A stretch of DNA of 64,000 nucleotides from an uncultured Veillonellaceae bacterium (GCA_963805085.1 CAWDTA010000002.1:1504001-1568000); one strand, 5' to 3'. Shown: positions 1 to 10,684, counted from the stretch's first letter. Program-made: numbers and translations. Notes: generated from the sequence alone by a model not told the origin.

Positions 1-58
1 TTACAATTAAACCAGTGGGAATACTAAGAATTAAGTCTGCAATATTCCTGAAGGTATA

Positions 59-1303
59 GTGTTTATAGGGAGGATGATCGTTTTGAAAGGAATGCTTATA
101 GAAAATCAGGAGGCAGTTGTTCAGGAGAACTTATGGTCGACAGCTTTTGTTTTTACCATAATGGTGAATTTTCTTGCCTATCTGGGGAATTTTATGTTAC
201 TGTCAACTTTACCTTTACATGTTTTAAACATTGGGGAAAACAAAATAATGGCGGGGCTAGTATCCGGTATTTATTATTTAACCGGTTTCATAGCTCGTCC
301 AAAGATTGGAGGTCTGCTAGATCAAAAAGGAAGAAAGTCAATTATGCTTACGAGTCTGACTGTGCTGCTGCTGGCAACGCTCTCTTACAATGCGGTGGCA
401 TATTCAGTTATTATGTTGCTAATACTGAGAGCGATACACGGAATAAGCTGGAGTGCAACTACCACGTCAGTCAGCACCATAGCCTCCGATCTGATTCCAG
501 CCAGCCGCAGAACTGAAGGAATGGGCTTTTTTGGAATATCAAACTCAGTTGCTATAGCTCTCGGTCCTGGCTTAGGATTATACGTATTGGAGCATTATAA
601 TTATATATTACTTTTTCTTCTTTCAGCTTTCTTCATTGTATTAGCATTACTTACCGGTTTCTGGCAAAGGCGCTACCTTAATCAAATAAGTACAGAGCCT
701 CCACTTATTAAAAAAATTGAACATAAAGCAGGGCAAAAAAACAAGATATTGGTTTTTGAGAAAACAGCGATGTGGCCATCTTTTTTATTTTTTATCGTTA
801 TGATGACTTACTCTACCATAGGAGTCTTCTTACCTGCATATGCGAATGAGAAAGGTATAGAAAATATTGGGATATTTTTTATAATTAGTTCACTGGCTAC
901 AATATTTGTCAGGCTAACATTTGGTCGATTTGCTGACCGACATGGAGGCTCCAAAATAGTGGTTTCCGGCATGCTTTTATTAGCAATTGCCCTGAAGCTG
1001 TTGTCTGTAGCTCCTTCGTTGCCAATATTCCTTATCGTTGCTGTAATTTATGGCATTGGTTTCGGTGTAGTTCAGCCAACCCTAAATGCATTAGTTATAT
1101 CTTTTGCACCTGCGGAAAGACGAGGAATGGCTAATGCAACATATCTATGTGCAATGGACTTAGGAATAATGGTTGGCTCTGTTCTTTGGGGCAGTGTGGC
1201 ACAAGTGTTTGGATTTATTTACATATACAACATTTCAACTATTCTCATTATTTTATCTCTTATAATGTATTTAGTAGCTTTCAGAGGTAGCTCAAACGAA
1301 TAG
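59..1303 (+). CDS. MFS transporter (probable efflux)
   Basis: About 12 hydrophobic segments; MFS motif A (GGLLDQKGRK, and GRFADRHGG in the second half). True start may be ATG 74 or 92. Confidence 0.9.
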   Translation: MFIGRMIVLKGMLIENQEAVVQENLWSTAFVFTIMVNFLAYLGNFMLLSTLPLHVLNIGENKIMAGLVSGIYYLTGFIARPKIGGLLDQKGRKSIMLTSLTVLLLATLSYNAVAYSVIMLLILRAIHGISWSATTTSVSTIASDLIPASRRTEGMGFFGISNSVAIALGPGLGLYVLEHYNYILLFLLSAFFIVLALLTGFWQRRYLNQISTEPPLIKKIEHKAGQKNKILVFEKTAMWPSFLFFIVMMTYSTIGVFLPAYANEKGIENIGIFFIISSLATIFVRLTFGRFADRHGGSKIVVSGMLLLAIALKLLSVAPSLPIFLIVAVIYGIGFGVVQPTLNALVISFAPAERRGMANATYLCAMDLGIMVGSVLWGSVAQVFGFIYIYNISTILIILSLIMYLVAFRGSSNE

Positions 1304-1427
1304 TAAACCATTGTTTACAGACTATTTGTTAAGCATCATTAAGAATCGCAGGATTATCACCCTAGAAAATTACAATTTATCATTTGCGTAAGAGCCGCAA
1401 GTGGGCCAACAAAAATGGCTTTATATA

Positions 1428-1476
1428 ATAATGTTAGTCATGATATGATGCAGTATCATATCATGACTAACATTAT
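1428..1476. repeat. Perfect 22-bp inverted repeat, 5-nt loop
   Basis: ATAATGTTAGTCATGATATGAT-gcagt-ATCATATCATGACTAACATTAT read directly. Confidence 0.95.
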
Positions 1477-1585
1477 AATTATGAAGAACATTCATTTTTG
1501 CGATTTTATTAGGTTTACCACGCTAGGATGAGCAGAATTATTTATGATAGGCTGAATGACTTTTTTAAACAAAGTATGGAGGTAA

Positions 1586-4459
1586 TTGTTAATCATGTCT
1601 AGACAAAATTTAAAGGATCTAGTAGCACTATTAACAGAAGAACAACAACAATCTTTATACGAAGCAGTTACTCAAACGAGGACTGAGAAGTTAGAATCTG
1701 AGGAGACAAAAAAGATTCAACAGTGTGATATTGCTATTATTGGGTTGAATGGACGGTATCCACAGGCAGATAATCACTATGAGTTTTGGCTGAAACTTAA
1801 ACAAGGAACAAAATTTATCAAGAAAACTCTGGAGCACCAATGCTATTGTGATGAACACCATGATTCTTCAACTAGTGATTCTTTATATCTTCATAAAAAG
1901 TGCTATAAATTAGGCACTTTTTTAAAAGCGCATGATACATTTGATGCATCTTTTTTTGATTTACCTTCTGATGAAATATCTATTATGGATCCTCGAGAGT
2001 GTCTTGCGTTAGAAACAGTGTGGTCTTGTATTGAAGATGCAGGTTATACTTTTGAAGAATTAGGCAATTCAGTAGGAATATTTAATGGGATAACACCTAG
2101 TAAATATCAAATTAAAAACCATTCCCATATATTAAATGATAGGATAGCCGATTTTTTTAATTTTCAAGGTCCAGCTTTAATTGTAAATGCGGGTGCTTGT
2201 TCTTCTTTATCGGCGATTCACTTGGCAGGCCAAAGCTTAATGCGAAAAGAATGCCAAGCGGCATTAGTTATTGGAGCAAATATTCTTGATCCGAACCTAT
2301 GCACTGATCCTTTTGATATAGACGATGACCGGGTGTTAGCTGAAGGAGTTGTATCCATTTTACTGAAACCACTACAACAGGCTTTACTAGACAAAGATCA
2401 TATTTATGCAATTGTTAATTCATGTAATATTTGTCATGAAAAAAATACGTCAAAGTTTATGGTCTCCAATCCAAAACAACAAGCTAAACTTATTCAAGCT
2501 AATTTTGAAAAAGCAGGAATACATCCAGCGACCATAAGTTGTATGGAAGCGGCGGCCAGTGGAACATCTGTAGGTGATGTTGCTGAAATTGAAGGTTTAA
2601 TATTAGCGTTTAATCAGTTCATTAATGAAAAGCAATTTTGTCCGATTGGGTCAGTACAATCTATTATTGGACATGGTCAAGCCGTATCTACATTACTACA
2701 ATTAACAAAAGTATTGCTGCAGTTTAAATCGAAAAGTTTTATTCCGTTAATTAATTTACCAGAAATAGAACCAAATATAAATATAAAAGACTCCCCGTTC
2801 TACTTTCAAACATCAACAACAGAATGGATACCGCCTGTTCTAACGGTTAATAATAAACAGTTTTCAATGCCGCGTCGGGCAATGATATCATCCCTTGATA
2901 ACAGCGGTAACAATGGGCATCTTATTTTGGAAGAACATATTGTAGAGAATACCGAGGAACAAAAATTAGATTCTTATTTTATTCCATTATCGTCCGAAAC
3001 AAACTATCAGCTTCGGCAAACTATCGAAAACTATATTGAATTCATTGAAAGGTATCAAAATCTTGATGCACAATGGGATACTAATTATACTTTGTCCAAT
3101 ATAATGTTTACACTTTGCGTTGGTAGAGTAGTGTTTTCTGAACGAGTAGTATTTATAACTGATAATCTTAAAACATTAGTTAAACAATTTCGACAATTTT
3201 TAAACAGTGAAATATCTGCCGATATTATTTCAACTGCTAATGTGGATGCTAATACGATGACTGAAAACTGTGAGGAGGCTCAGGTTCAAAGCTATTTGAA
3301 CAATCATTCATGGCATAAATTAGCAAAATTATGGGTACAAGGCTCAAATATTTCTTGGAAAACGTTTTTTCATTCATATAATGTTTATCGTATATCCTTA
3401 CCAACATATTGTTTTCAAAAACAACTTTACCCTGTTCCTAAAGCAATGTATTCTGCAAAGGAAGAAAAATATATAGCCAATAAGGAAAATAGCAATAAAT
3501 CTTACACAGAGAAGAGAATTAATTTAGAACCAGATATAAATAGAAACAACTGGTCTCAGTTCCCTGAGCTGATACACCTTAATCAGGTTTCTCAAGGACG
3601 ACCTGTATTTTGGCTTCATGGAGGGGGCGGTGGAGTTGAAGGATATCAAAGTATTGCCCAGAAAAGTCAGCGCCCTTTCTATGGTATACAAGCACGAGGG
3701 TGGATGAACGGTGGTTCTCCTTTAGATGGAATTCAATCAATGGCTTCTTATTACGTTCATATAATTCAATCAGTACAATCAGAGGGACCATATGATTTAG
3801 GCGGTTTTTCTCTGGGGGGAGCTCTAGCATATGAAATTACACGCCAAATGCAAGAGTTGGGACAAAATGTCAATACGATTATTATGCTGGATTCACCAGA
3901 TAGTATTGGCATGAGGAAAGTAAATTCATCTCCTAAAAATTTGATTTTACAAGCAGTTAACATGGAGCTTATGCCTATGATCCGGCAAGAACCGGAAAAA
4001 GCGGCACAAATAATAATCCATCAAGAGGAAGTGGATTTGAATGCAGATGATGAAGTTTTTTTGCAGCAAGTAGTTATACTTGCCAAAGCACGTGGATTAA
4101 CCAAAACGGAAGCTCTATTGCGCGAGCGGATTCAAAATAATGTAAAAGTTCAGCAGGCATATAAACTCAATCACTTTAGCATTTTACCGTTAACCTACCC
4201 TCAAACAGTAACTTGCTATTATTTTCGCAATAAGAACGGAGTCTTCTTTGGTGAATTTGTAGCAAATGCAAAAGACAAAATTTTACTTGATCATACAAAA
4301 TATTGGGGGGAATGGGAACAACAACTTCCCAATTTTCACATAATAGATGTAGATTCTTCTAGTCACATGATGTTGTTGCTTGATCCTAAAACTTGTAATA
4401 AAATCTCCACATTCTGCAAAAAACTTTATTCGTTAGATGAGATGGTAATTATTCAGTAA
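1586..4459 (+). CDS. trans-AT PKS-type ketosynthase (non-elongating KS0) fused to thioesterase
   Basis: DIAIIGLNGRYPQA KS start; ACSSLSAIH active Cys; EAAASGT instead of EAHGTGT; IGH; LAKLWVQG...LPTYCF flanking region; C-terminal TE with GFSLG; no AT or ACP motif seen. Confidence 0.8.
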   Translation: MLIMSRQNLKDLVALLTEEQQQSLYEAVTQTRTEKLESEETKKIQQCDIAIIGLNGRYPQADNHYEFWLKLKQGTKFIKKTLEHQCYCDEHHDSSTSDSLYLHKKCYKLGTFLKAHDTFDASFFDLPSDEISIMDPRECLALETVWSCIEDAGYTFEELGNSVGIFNGITPSKYQIKNHSHILNDRIADFFNFQGPALIVNAGACSSLSAIHLAGQSLMRKECQAALVIGANILDPNLCTDPFDIDDDRVLAEGVVSILLKPLQQALLDKDHIYAIVNSCNICHEKNTSKFMVSNPKQQAKLIQANFEKAGIHPATISCMEAAASGTSVGDVAEIEGLILAFNQFINEKQFCPIGSVQSIIGHGQAVSTLLQLTKVLLQFKSKSFIPLINLPEIEPNINIKDSPFYFQTSTTEWIPPVLTVNNKQFSMPRRAMISSLDNSGNNGHLILEEHIVENTEEQKLDSYFIPLSSETNYQLRQTIENYIEFIERYQNLDAQWDTNYTLSNIMFTLCVGRVVFSERVVFITDNLKTLVKQFRQFLNSEISADIISTANVDANTMTENCEEAQVQSYLNNHSWHKLAKLWVQGSNISWKTFFHSYNVYRISLPTYCFQKQLYPVPKAMYSAKEEKYIANKENSNKSYTEKRINLEPDINRNNWSQFPELIHLNQVSQGRPVFWLHGGGGGVEGYQSIAQKSQRPFYGIQARGWMNGGSPLDGIQSMASYYVHIIQSVQSEGPYDLGGFSLGGALAYEITRQMQELGQNVNTIIMLDSPDSIGMRKVNSSPKNLILQAVNMELMPMIRQEPEKAAQIIIHQEEVDLNADDEVFLQQVVILAKARGLTKTEALLRERIQNNVKVQQAYKLNHFSILPLTYPQTVTCYYFRNKNGVFFGEFVANAKDKILLDHTKYWGEWEQQLPNFHIIDVDSSSHMMLLLDPKTCNKISTFCKKLYSLDEMVIIQ

Positions 4460-4475
4460 TGCTCTTTTGAATACC

Positions 4476-4607
4476 ACGTGTCCAGCGAAGCTGGACTATG
4501 CTTGTGGATGAAAGTCCTATCCCGGTAACTTACTTAACCGACTGGGTAGAAACTCTGGGTGCATCGTCAAAATGCGGGGTGCTAAGAGGGAGGATAAAGT
4601 ACCTGCC
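4476..4607 (+). mobile_element. Probable 5' (domain I) fragment of a group II intron
   Basis: GTGTCCAGCGAAGCTGGAC hairpin followed by ...TGAAAGTCC...CCCGGTAAC...CCGACTGGGTAG, resembling bacterial group II intron 5' ends; GC-rich in AT-rich context; recognised from memory. Confidence 0.5.
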
Positions 4608-4707
4608 TAAAAAGCAAAAATCTTCTTCATTTCCATTTAAAAATGGGTACACGAATCCTACCCAGTTCTAAAATCTGTTTTTTAATTGTCAAAGAACAAA
4701 ATTATAT

Positions 4708-5771
4708 CTATTCTAACTTTGGTATCAGTCACTCAATATTCGTAAACGTTTCATAAAATTCATGAATATACGGACAGTTACTACAAAGCTTAAAAGTAAT
4801 GCTTCTAGCCGACTTTACTAGTTTTCCTGCAATCTTCAAGAGCTTTAGCCGAATCGTATCTGCACGAAACTTTTTCATTTTTTCAGGCAGACATAACCGA
4901 CGAAACTAGTTGAAAAGATTGTATGCCAACATACAAAACTGTAAGCGATTCGAATTAACAAGCATAGAATGGCTACTCATCACACTAAAACCAAATTCAT
5001 TTTTGGATTCCTTAATGAAATTTTCCATTCGTCCGCGATTGCGGTAAAACTTTACTATTTCCTGTGGTGACAGTGCCATATTAGCCACGATGAATGTATG
5101 GCGAAAAGTTATTCAGGACGTTTCTCTATTTTGCAGATAACGCGTCTGGAGTAATCCCAACTTCCTGCCTGATATGAAAATTCGCCATAAAGAGCTATAA
5201 ATCTATCGGGATGAAGAGCTGCCTTTGCAGTTACTTCTTCTTCCAAATAGAACGCCTTTTCTTGAAGTAAGTGATTACCTTTGAGCCGTATTGCATAAGA
5301 AAAGCCATTGGATTCCGCTTGTGTGTAAAGTTCTGGCGTAGCAAAACCGCTGTCTCCACGGAGAAACAGCTGAACCTCTGGATATTGGCTAAGATATTCA
5401 TCAAGAAGCGGTTGCAAAAAATTCTGTACACCCGTTGAAGAATAGGTACTACCCTTGCGAAGCTCGATTTTTAACAGATCACCTGTAAAGCCATCATAAC
5501 AAACTAGTGGATGATAGCCATGAGCCGAGTAATGATAGTTAAAAGCTTCGCCTTCCTGCATTTCGTAGGTTAGAAGAAGTGTTGAATCCAAATCCAAAAG
5601 AATACTTGGAGGCTGGGCAATAGAATAAATTCGTTTGCGTAAATCACATGTAATTTCATGAAGTTGCTCCAGTGTTATTTCGTCCAAACGAGATCCAAAG
5701 CGTGAAATAGTAGGCTGAGAAGCAAGTCGACTTTTACCAAGACAAGTTGTGAAAACAGGATCACTAGAAAG
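4708..5771 (-). pseudogene. IS1380-family transposase pseudogene (5'-truncated, stops and frameshift)
   Basis: LDLDST, HGYHPL, LRGDSGF, RGRMENFIKESK motifs split over ORFs 5109-5687 and 4906-5088; C-terminus continues past stop at 4906. Confidence 0.88.
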
Positions 5772-6089
5772 TGTAGTGCTTCAAAAATTCGGACACTGTC
5801 CCTATAGAGAAAATAACATTTTTTAAAAATGTTGCCTCCTATAACTAACCGGCGTCATCCCCTTTAACCGAGCTTGAAAACGTTCATTATTGTAATAATA
5901 TAAATACTCTTCTACGATTTCTTTAACATCTTCATATGAATTTATTGCTTTTTTACGAATATGTAAACACTCACATTTAAAATGACTAAAGAAATTTTCG
6001 GCTAAGGCATTATCCCAACAGTTCCCCTTTCGTGACATACTTGGGATGATGCCTTTATCTATTAACATTAACTGATAGGCTTTATTTGA
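5772..6089 (-). mobile_element. IS3-family 3' remnant with terminal IR
   Basis: SMSRKGNCWDNALAENFFSHFKCE...YYNNER integrase C-terminus; end TGTAGTGCTTCAAAAATTCGGACA at 5772. Confidence 0.88.
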
Positions 6090-6137
6090 ATAATCGACTA
6101 AAGAAAAGGGAGCAATCCCTTTTCTTTAGTCGATTAT
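6090..6137. repeat. Perfect 22-bp hairpin with GCAA loop at junction of two IS3 remnants
   Basis: ATAATCGACTAAAGAAAAGGGA-gcaa-TCCCTTTTCTTTAGTCGATTAT. Confidence 0.95.
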
Positions 6138-6481
6138 ACGAATCGGACATTCCACGGAATGATTGTAAAAGCTGGTATGACACAGAGCATGTCTAGAGTA
6201 GGAAAATGTATCGATAACGGTCCAATGGAAGGCTTTTGGGGGATTTTGAAACGGGAACGATATTATGGCAAACGCTTCATGGATAGAGATTCTTTGATTG
6301 ATATGATTAAGTGTTACATGATTTATTACAATACGAAACGAGTACAACGCAATCTTGGTGTTTTGACACCGTACGAAAAACATGAGATGTATTTAGCCGC
6401 ATAAAAAACTGCCAGCAACCCATTTTACAAAGTTACTGGCAGAGAAAATATTTTTTCTTATTTCATTGTCTACTTGACGGG

Positions 6482-8081
6482 CAATGTCATTAAGTTAAGT
6501 AATTAAGAGCAGGTTAATGTATCAAAAAATGGTGAACGCTATGATAAGTGTTCACCATTTTTATGATTTAAACATACCAAAAGCAGATGACGTTATAAGC
6601 CATCTGTACAACATGCAGATATGAAGAGTTGTTGTTAAGAAATTCTATATGCAAACCCGACAGCCTTTTTAATATTTTGATATCTTTCAAATACTCTGCC
6701 AGGACGTATTGGAGACATAAATTTTTGCACAATTTTCAAAAGACTTCTTTCAGAAATTTTGCCTTTAAAATACTGATAACAAAAATGTATCGCTCTAGCG
6801 AAATTGATTCTTTTATCTTTTGGATGTTCTACTTGATAAGATATTAAAGCTGGAAAATTGTACATAATTAACTTTGAAAAAATTTCTTGAAGTACAAAAT
6901 CTTGCTTTTTACTATGAATGCTGGCTAATCCAACATCATATTTTAATTCTTTGAATGAAGTTTCGATACCCCATCGCATTTTATATAGTTCTTTCAAAAC
7001 TTCAGCAGGAAATTCATTCGCAGGTAAATTTGTGAATAACGTTTCATAAGTGGTATCTGAAATTTTAAATCGAACAATTCTAAATTTCAAATCATACATC
7101 TCATTTTCTCTAGACAGTAAGTAATCAAACGTTGTATGAGGTTGAATCCAACGATATCTATCAGGATTTTCTTTAATCAATGCTATTGTATCTTTCGTTT
7201 TTCTCCGAGTAAGGGTGATGGTGGTTTCTTTATCGAATTCATCACTATCAGGATTTTCATATTTAATACCGTAGGATTCTTTCGAACGTATAATATAATT
7301 CCAATTCTTTTCTTGAAAATGAGCAATATTATTAAAAGATTCGTATCCTCTATCAGCTATAACAATAACACTTCCAGTTGCTTCAGATTTTTCAATCATT
7401 GATACCAGAGCCTTATGTTCATTCATACCTTTTTTACTTTGTATTGAAGCGTCAACATAATTATGTCGCATCAAATCATACATAGCATCAAGATGAAGAA
7501 GATTATATCCTTTAGTATTATCATCATTTTTGATATGAGAATTATCGTCATTTTTATTTTTAGGTAATCTTATATCAGACCCATCTACAGCAAGAAGACG
7601 ATATCCTTTAAATAAAATCCGCTCGTCACATTGTTTAACCATTTCTCTAAAAATATATTCCATAGCTTTAGATGAAATTTTATTCCTTTGTTGAACAAAG
7701 GCAGAAACAGATGCGGTATCTTCTGCATAATTGAACCAATCATATATTTCTTTACATAAGCTATTTCCGCCCATGCCAATCATCATTTTAATAATTGTTT
7801 CAAATGATAGTTTTCGATTCCTTGTAAAGTCCTTTGATGGATTTTGCAAAAAATCAGATGGATCATCTGATATAGTACTTATTATGTGTGAAAGTATTTC
7901 TTTTACTTCAGTTGGTTTCATATGTGTTCCTCCCTAGAAACTTTATATTTCAAGGGCGGAGCCGCAAATTTTCGACTATTTGTCAAGTGTTTTTTTATAT
8001 GACTAGCAAATATAAAAATAGAATGTTTACATCTACTTTTATCGATGTAAACATTCTATTTTGCTTAACTTAATGACATTG
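6482..8081 (-). mobile_element. Complete IS4-family element, 18-bp IRs, 10-bp TSD
   Basis: IR CAATGTCATTAAGTTAAG 6482-6499 / CTTAACTTAATGACATTG 8064-8081; TSD ACTTGACGGG at 6472-6481 and 8082-8091. Confidence 0.95.
6635..7921 (-). CDS. IS4-family DDE transposase
   Basis: LAVDGS, IADRGY, YKMRWGIETSFKELK (YREK motif). Confidence 0.93.
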   Translation of the reverse strand: MKPTEVKEILSHIISTISDDPSDFLQNPSKDFTRNRKLSFETIIKMMIGMGGNSLCKEIYDWFNYAEDTASVSAFVQQRNKISSKAMEYIFREMVKQCDERILFKGYRLLAVDGSDIRLPKNKNDDNSHIKNDDNTKGYNLLHLDAMYDLMRHNYVDASIQSKKGMNEHKALVSMIEKSEATGSVIVIADRGYESFNNIAHFQEKNWNYIIRSKESYGIKYENPDSDEFDKETTITLTRRKTKDTIALIKENPDRYRWIQPHTTFDYLLSRENEMYDLKFRIVRFKISDTTYETLFTNLPANEFPAEVLKELYKMRWGIETSFKELKYDVGLASIHSKKQDFVLQEIFSKLIMYNFPALISYQVEHPKDKRINFARAIHFCYQYFKGKISERSLLKIVQKFMSPIRPGRVFERYQNIKKAVGFAYRIS

Positions 8082-8101
8082 ACTTGACGGGTAGCATATC
8101 A

Positions 8102-8423
8102 ATTGAAACCTTTTTTCGCCAAACCAAAGGAAATCTTGGATTAAATCAGTATCAAATGCGTAGTATTACTGCTATTAAGCGTTTTTGGGCACTTACAACA
8201 TTAACTTATTTATTTTGTACCATTGGTACGTCAAAGATAACATCACTTGCGTCAGGAATGTCAAGTATTCGCAAGCAAGTGAAGTCAAATTTATATACTT
8301 GGATATTTAGCCAAGCCAAAGCGGGAGTTTCATTATCTCATATTTTAGATAGGCTAAAATGTGCATAAGTGAGCTATATCTTGCCTGCTGTAAATATTTG
8401 TTAGTATTTATACTCATTTATAG
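8102..8423 (+). mobile_element. IS701-like transposase 3' remnant and end
   Basis: IETFFRQTKGNLGLNQYQMRS; end ...CTCATTTATAG. Confidence 0.7.
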
Positions 8424-8437
8424 GTATAAAATTAAAA

Positions 8438-8520
8438 AAACCATGTTAAATTATGTATAACTTGGCAGGAATTTTAATTTTTGACTAGAATATGTAGGAC
8501 AGAAGGGACGTCAGACTGTC
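8438..8520 (+). repeat. Dispersed repeat family, degenerate copy A (sigmaH-type promoter part)
   Basis: AATTATGTATAACTTGGCAGGAATT-N-GAATATGTA matches the copies at 10048 and 22397. Confidence 0.7.
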
Positions 8521-8540
8521 ATAGATGGTCAATAGAAATA

Positions 8541-8744
8541 ATGGATTTGCTGTGGTTTATATTCGCTTTACTTTTTGTGAAAATTTTTATGGGAAAAGCT
8601 TTTTTCTTCATTCCTTTTCTTATGATCGTTATAGGAAGTGGAGTAACACATTTATTATATAAGGCTTGTCCTCGGTGTCGAACTATAACATGCAAGAGGT
8701 CACACGATTTCTGCCATAACTGCGGTCAAAAATTCAAGTCATAA
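8541..8744 (+). CDS. Small membrane protein with C-terminal zinc ribbon
   Basis: Two hydrophobic segments, then CPRC...CHNCG. Confidence 0.6.
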   Translation: MDLLWFIFALLFVKIFMGKAFFFIPFLMIVIGSGVTHLLYKACPRCRTITCKRSHDFCHNCGQKFKS

Positions 8745-8757
8745 AGGCGGAATAATT

Positions 8758-10041
8758 ATGTTTGATAGATTCTGGAAAAAGACTACCGATATAACTAAAT
8801 TAGAATCATATAGAGCGAACTCACCGTGGAAGCACGATGCAGTTCTTTTGCATGTAACTAACAGACTTGGGCATTTACGTATGGCCTATGGAATGGCGAA
8901 AAATAATAAACAAAAATTCTTTATGCTATTAAAAGATATTCCGTTAGTGAAGTGGCATTGTATTGATGAATATAACTGCCCCACATGTGAAAAACTCATA
9001 TCCGCTGGTTATGGGTTAAATAACATAAATGAAGAGGTTATTAGTGAAATCAGAAGGTGCATGAACCAATCCCATGAAACGATTGATTTAGCAGTAGATA
9101 ATTTAGTACCTATACTAAAGCTTTTACCCAGTGGATATTATGTAGTAGCCGATTTACCTCTGTATCCGTCTGATGGAAATGGACAATTTTTTTGGAATCA
9201 AAGCAATCAACCAGCCTTTAATAAAGGAACCTGCTCAATTTATTATAAACAAATGTATTCGCAAGGGATGCCTACTTTTATCCTGCCAAGCCAACTGCCT
9301 GAAAGTTATGATGCAGCGACAATGAAGCGGTATCAGGAAATGTATCGAGCTGGGGAATCATTAAGAGGATTGGCTTATTATATGGGGGATTATCTCTGTA
9401 CCCTACTGGATGGGCATCATAAGGCAGTGGCAGCAGCTTTGGAAGGACGAGAATTTCGTTGTTTAACAATCTTGCCAGTACATGGTATTTCATGCTTGAA
9501 AGATGAAAAAGATTTTAAAATGTCAATTGGCGGTGAATGGATTGATTCAAAAAATCTTCCGACAAAATTTAATAAACACTTCAAGAAATCATATGGTCAA
9601 GCGAATAAATTAAAAACTGACGAAGTTGAAAAATATCTAACTATGGAAGCGGAATGTTGGGCGCAGTTTAAATGGCCACAAGAATTATTAGATATTGGGA
9701 AGCAATACCCCGACGCATTTACGGTGGCTTGTATAGAGTTTTCTGGAGATTTATCGGACGAACGTGTTTATAGACTTCTTCGGAATGAAGAAGCTGATGC
9801 CGAGGATAAACTAGAGTTTGTTTTTAAGTCTCTTGTTGGCTTAAAAGACATCCGGGCCGCAGAAATAGCAATGAAAATTGCCAAGGATGAAGGATTACGC
9901 AATCTATGGCAAGAGGTTTTTGAATATTTGGCTACTGTCCAAAGTGAACAAATAGAGGATTTCTTTATTGACTTTCTAGTTAATGATGAAAAACTGCGAC
10001 CGAAACTTACGAAAATAGCGGATAACTATTTAAAACACTAA
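8758..10041 (+). CDS. Hypothetical protein (CPTC motif, LLDGHHK motif, helical C-terminus)
   Basis: 427-aa ORF with RBS AGGCGG; no confident family. Confidence 0.75.
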   Translation: MFDRFWKKTTDITKLESYRANSPWKHDAVLLHVTNRLGHLRMAYGMAKNNKQKFFMLLKDIPLVKWHCIDEYNCPTCEKLISAGYGLNNINEEVISEIRRCMNQSHETIDLAVDNLVPILKLLPSGYYVVADLPLYPSDGNGQFFWNQSNQPAFNKGTCSIYYKQMYSQGMPTFILPSQLPESYDAATMKRYQEMYRAGESLRGLAYYMGDYLCTLLDGHHKAVAAALEGREFRCLTILPVHGISCLKDEKDFKMSIGGEWIDSKNLPTKFNKHFKKSYGQANKLKTDEVEKYLTMEAECWAQFKWPQELLDIGKQYPDAFTVACIEFSGDLSDERVYRLLRNEEADAEDKLEFVFKSLVGLKDIRAAEIAMKIAKDEGLRNLWQEVFEYLATVQSEQIEDFFIDFLVNDEKLRPKLTKIADNYLKH

Positions 10042-10382
10042 AAAGGAAACTCCTGCTGAATTCTGTATGAATTTGGCAGGAGTTTTGAGCTTTTATGAGA
10101 ATATGTAAGTTTAATGTGAAAAAGTTGATGGCAAGGTTGAGGAAGGCGAAGTGGCGGAGGTATTGTCTTAGGAAAAAGCAACAAGACGAAATCACCGTCC
10201 ACAGTCGTTCGAAAATAGTGGGACAGGGAACCTGTCCCCTTGTCCCATTTGTTGGATATGAACGGTTCCTCGTACAGAGTAAATCATGCTATTGCTAACG
10301 ATTAGGTGGCTCAAATATTCATGAGCACAAGTGGCTTGAAATTTCATGAGCGAGTGGCTCACTTTTTCATTGACGTTTATAC
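10033..10382 (+). repeat. Composite repeat copy B: hairpin/sigmaH promoter + REP-like palindromes + IS21 right end
   Basis: Closely similar to 13351-13553 joined to 15226-15370. Confidence 0.92.
10246..10381 (+). mobile_element. IS21-family right end (istB tail plus repeated end motifs)
   Basis: Encodes HLLDMNGSSYRVNHAIAND* (IstB-like G.SYR tail), followed by three GTGGCT...CAT repeats and TTGACGTTTATA. Confidence 0.7.
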
Positions 10383-10684
10383 TCCGTTGGAACTTTGAAC
10401 GGTTTTAGAAGAATAGCCATTGCGACTATTCTTTGTTTTCTTATTTTTGTAGTCATATTTGGAGTATCCAAGTTCTTCATCCAGTTCAGCATCAAGAGCT
10501 GTCTGGATGGTTTCAGCTGTAAGCATTTTGACAAAATCATGGACATCATTCATGTCTTTAATACCATACTCTTTGATAAGATCTTTGAGCTTGTTGTTTT
10601 CTTTATTTGCCATAATAAAATACCTCCAATATTAGTTTTATTTTACCTAACATTGGAGGTTTACACAATTATTTCAGCACTACC
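10383..10684 (-). mobile_element. IS256-family 5' remnant
   Basis: LDAELDEELGY...RNGYSSKTV N-terminus; end GGTAGTGCTGAAATAATTGTGTAAAC at 10684. Confidence 0.85.

Larger units (their letters stand above)
6138..8101 (+). mobile_element. Second IS3-family 3' remnant (ORF 6159-6404); its terminal IR is split by IS4
   Basis: QSMSRVGKCIDNGPMEGFWGILKRE; removing the IS4 restores TGTCTACTTGACGGGTAGCATATCA ending in CA at 8101. Confidence 0.85.
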
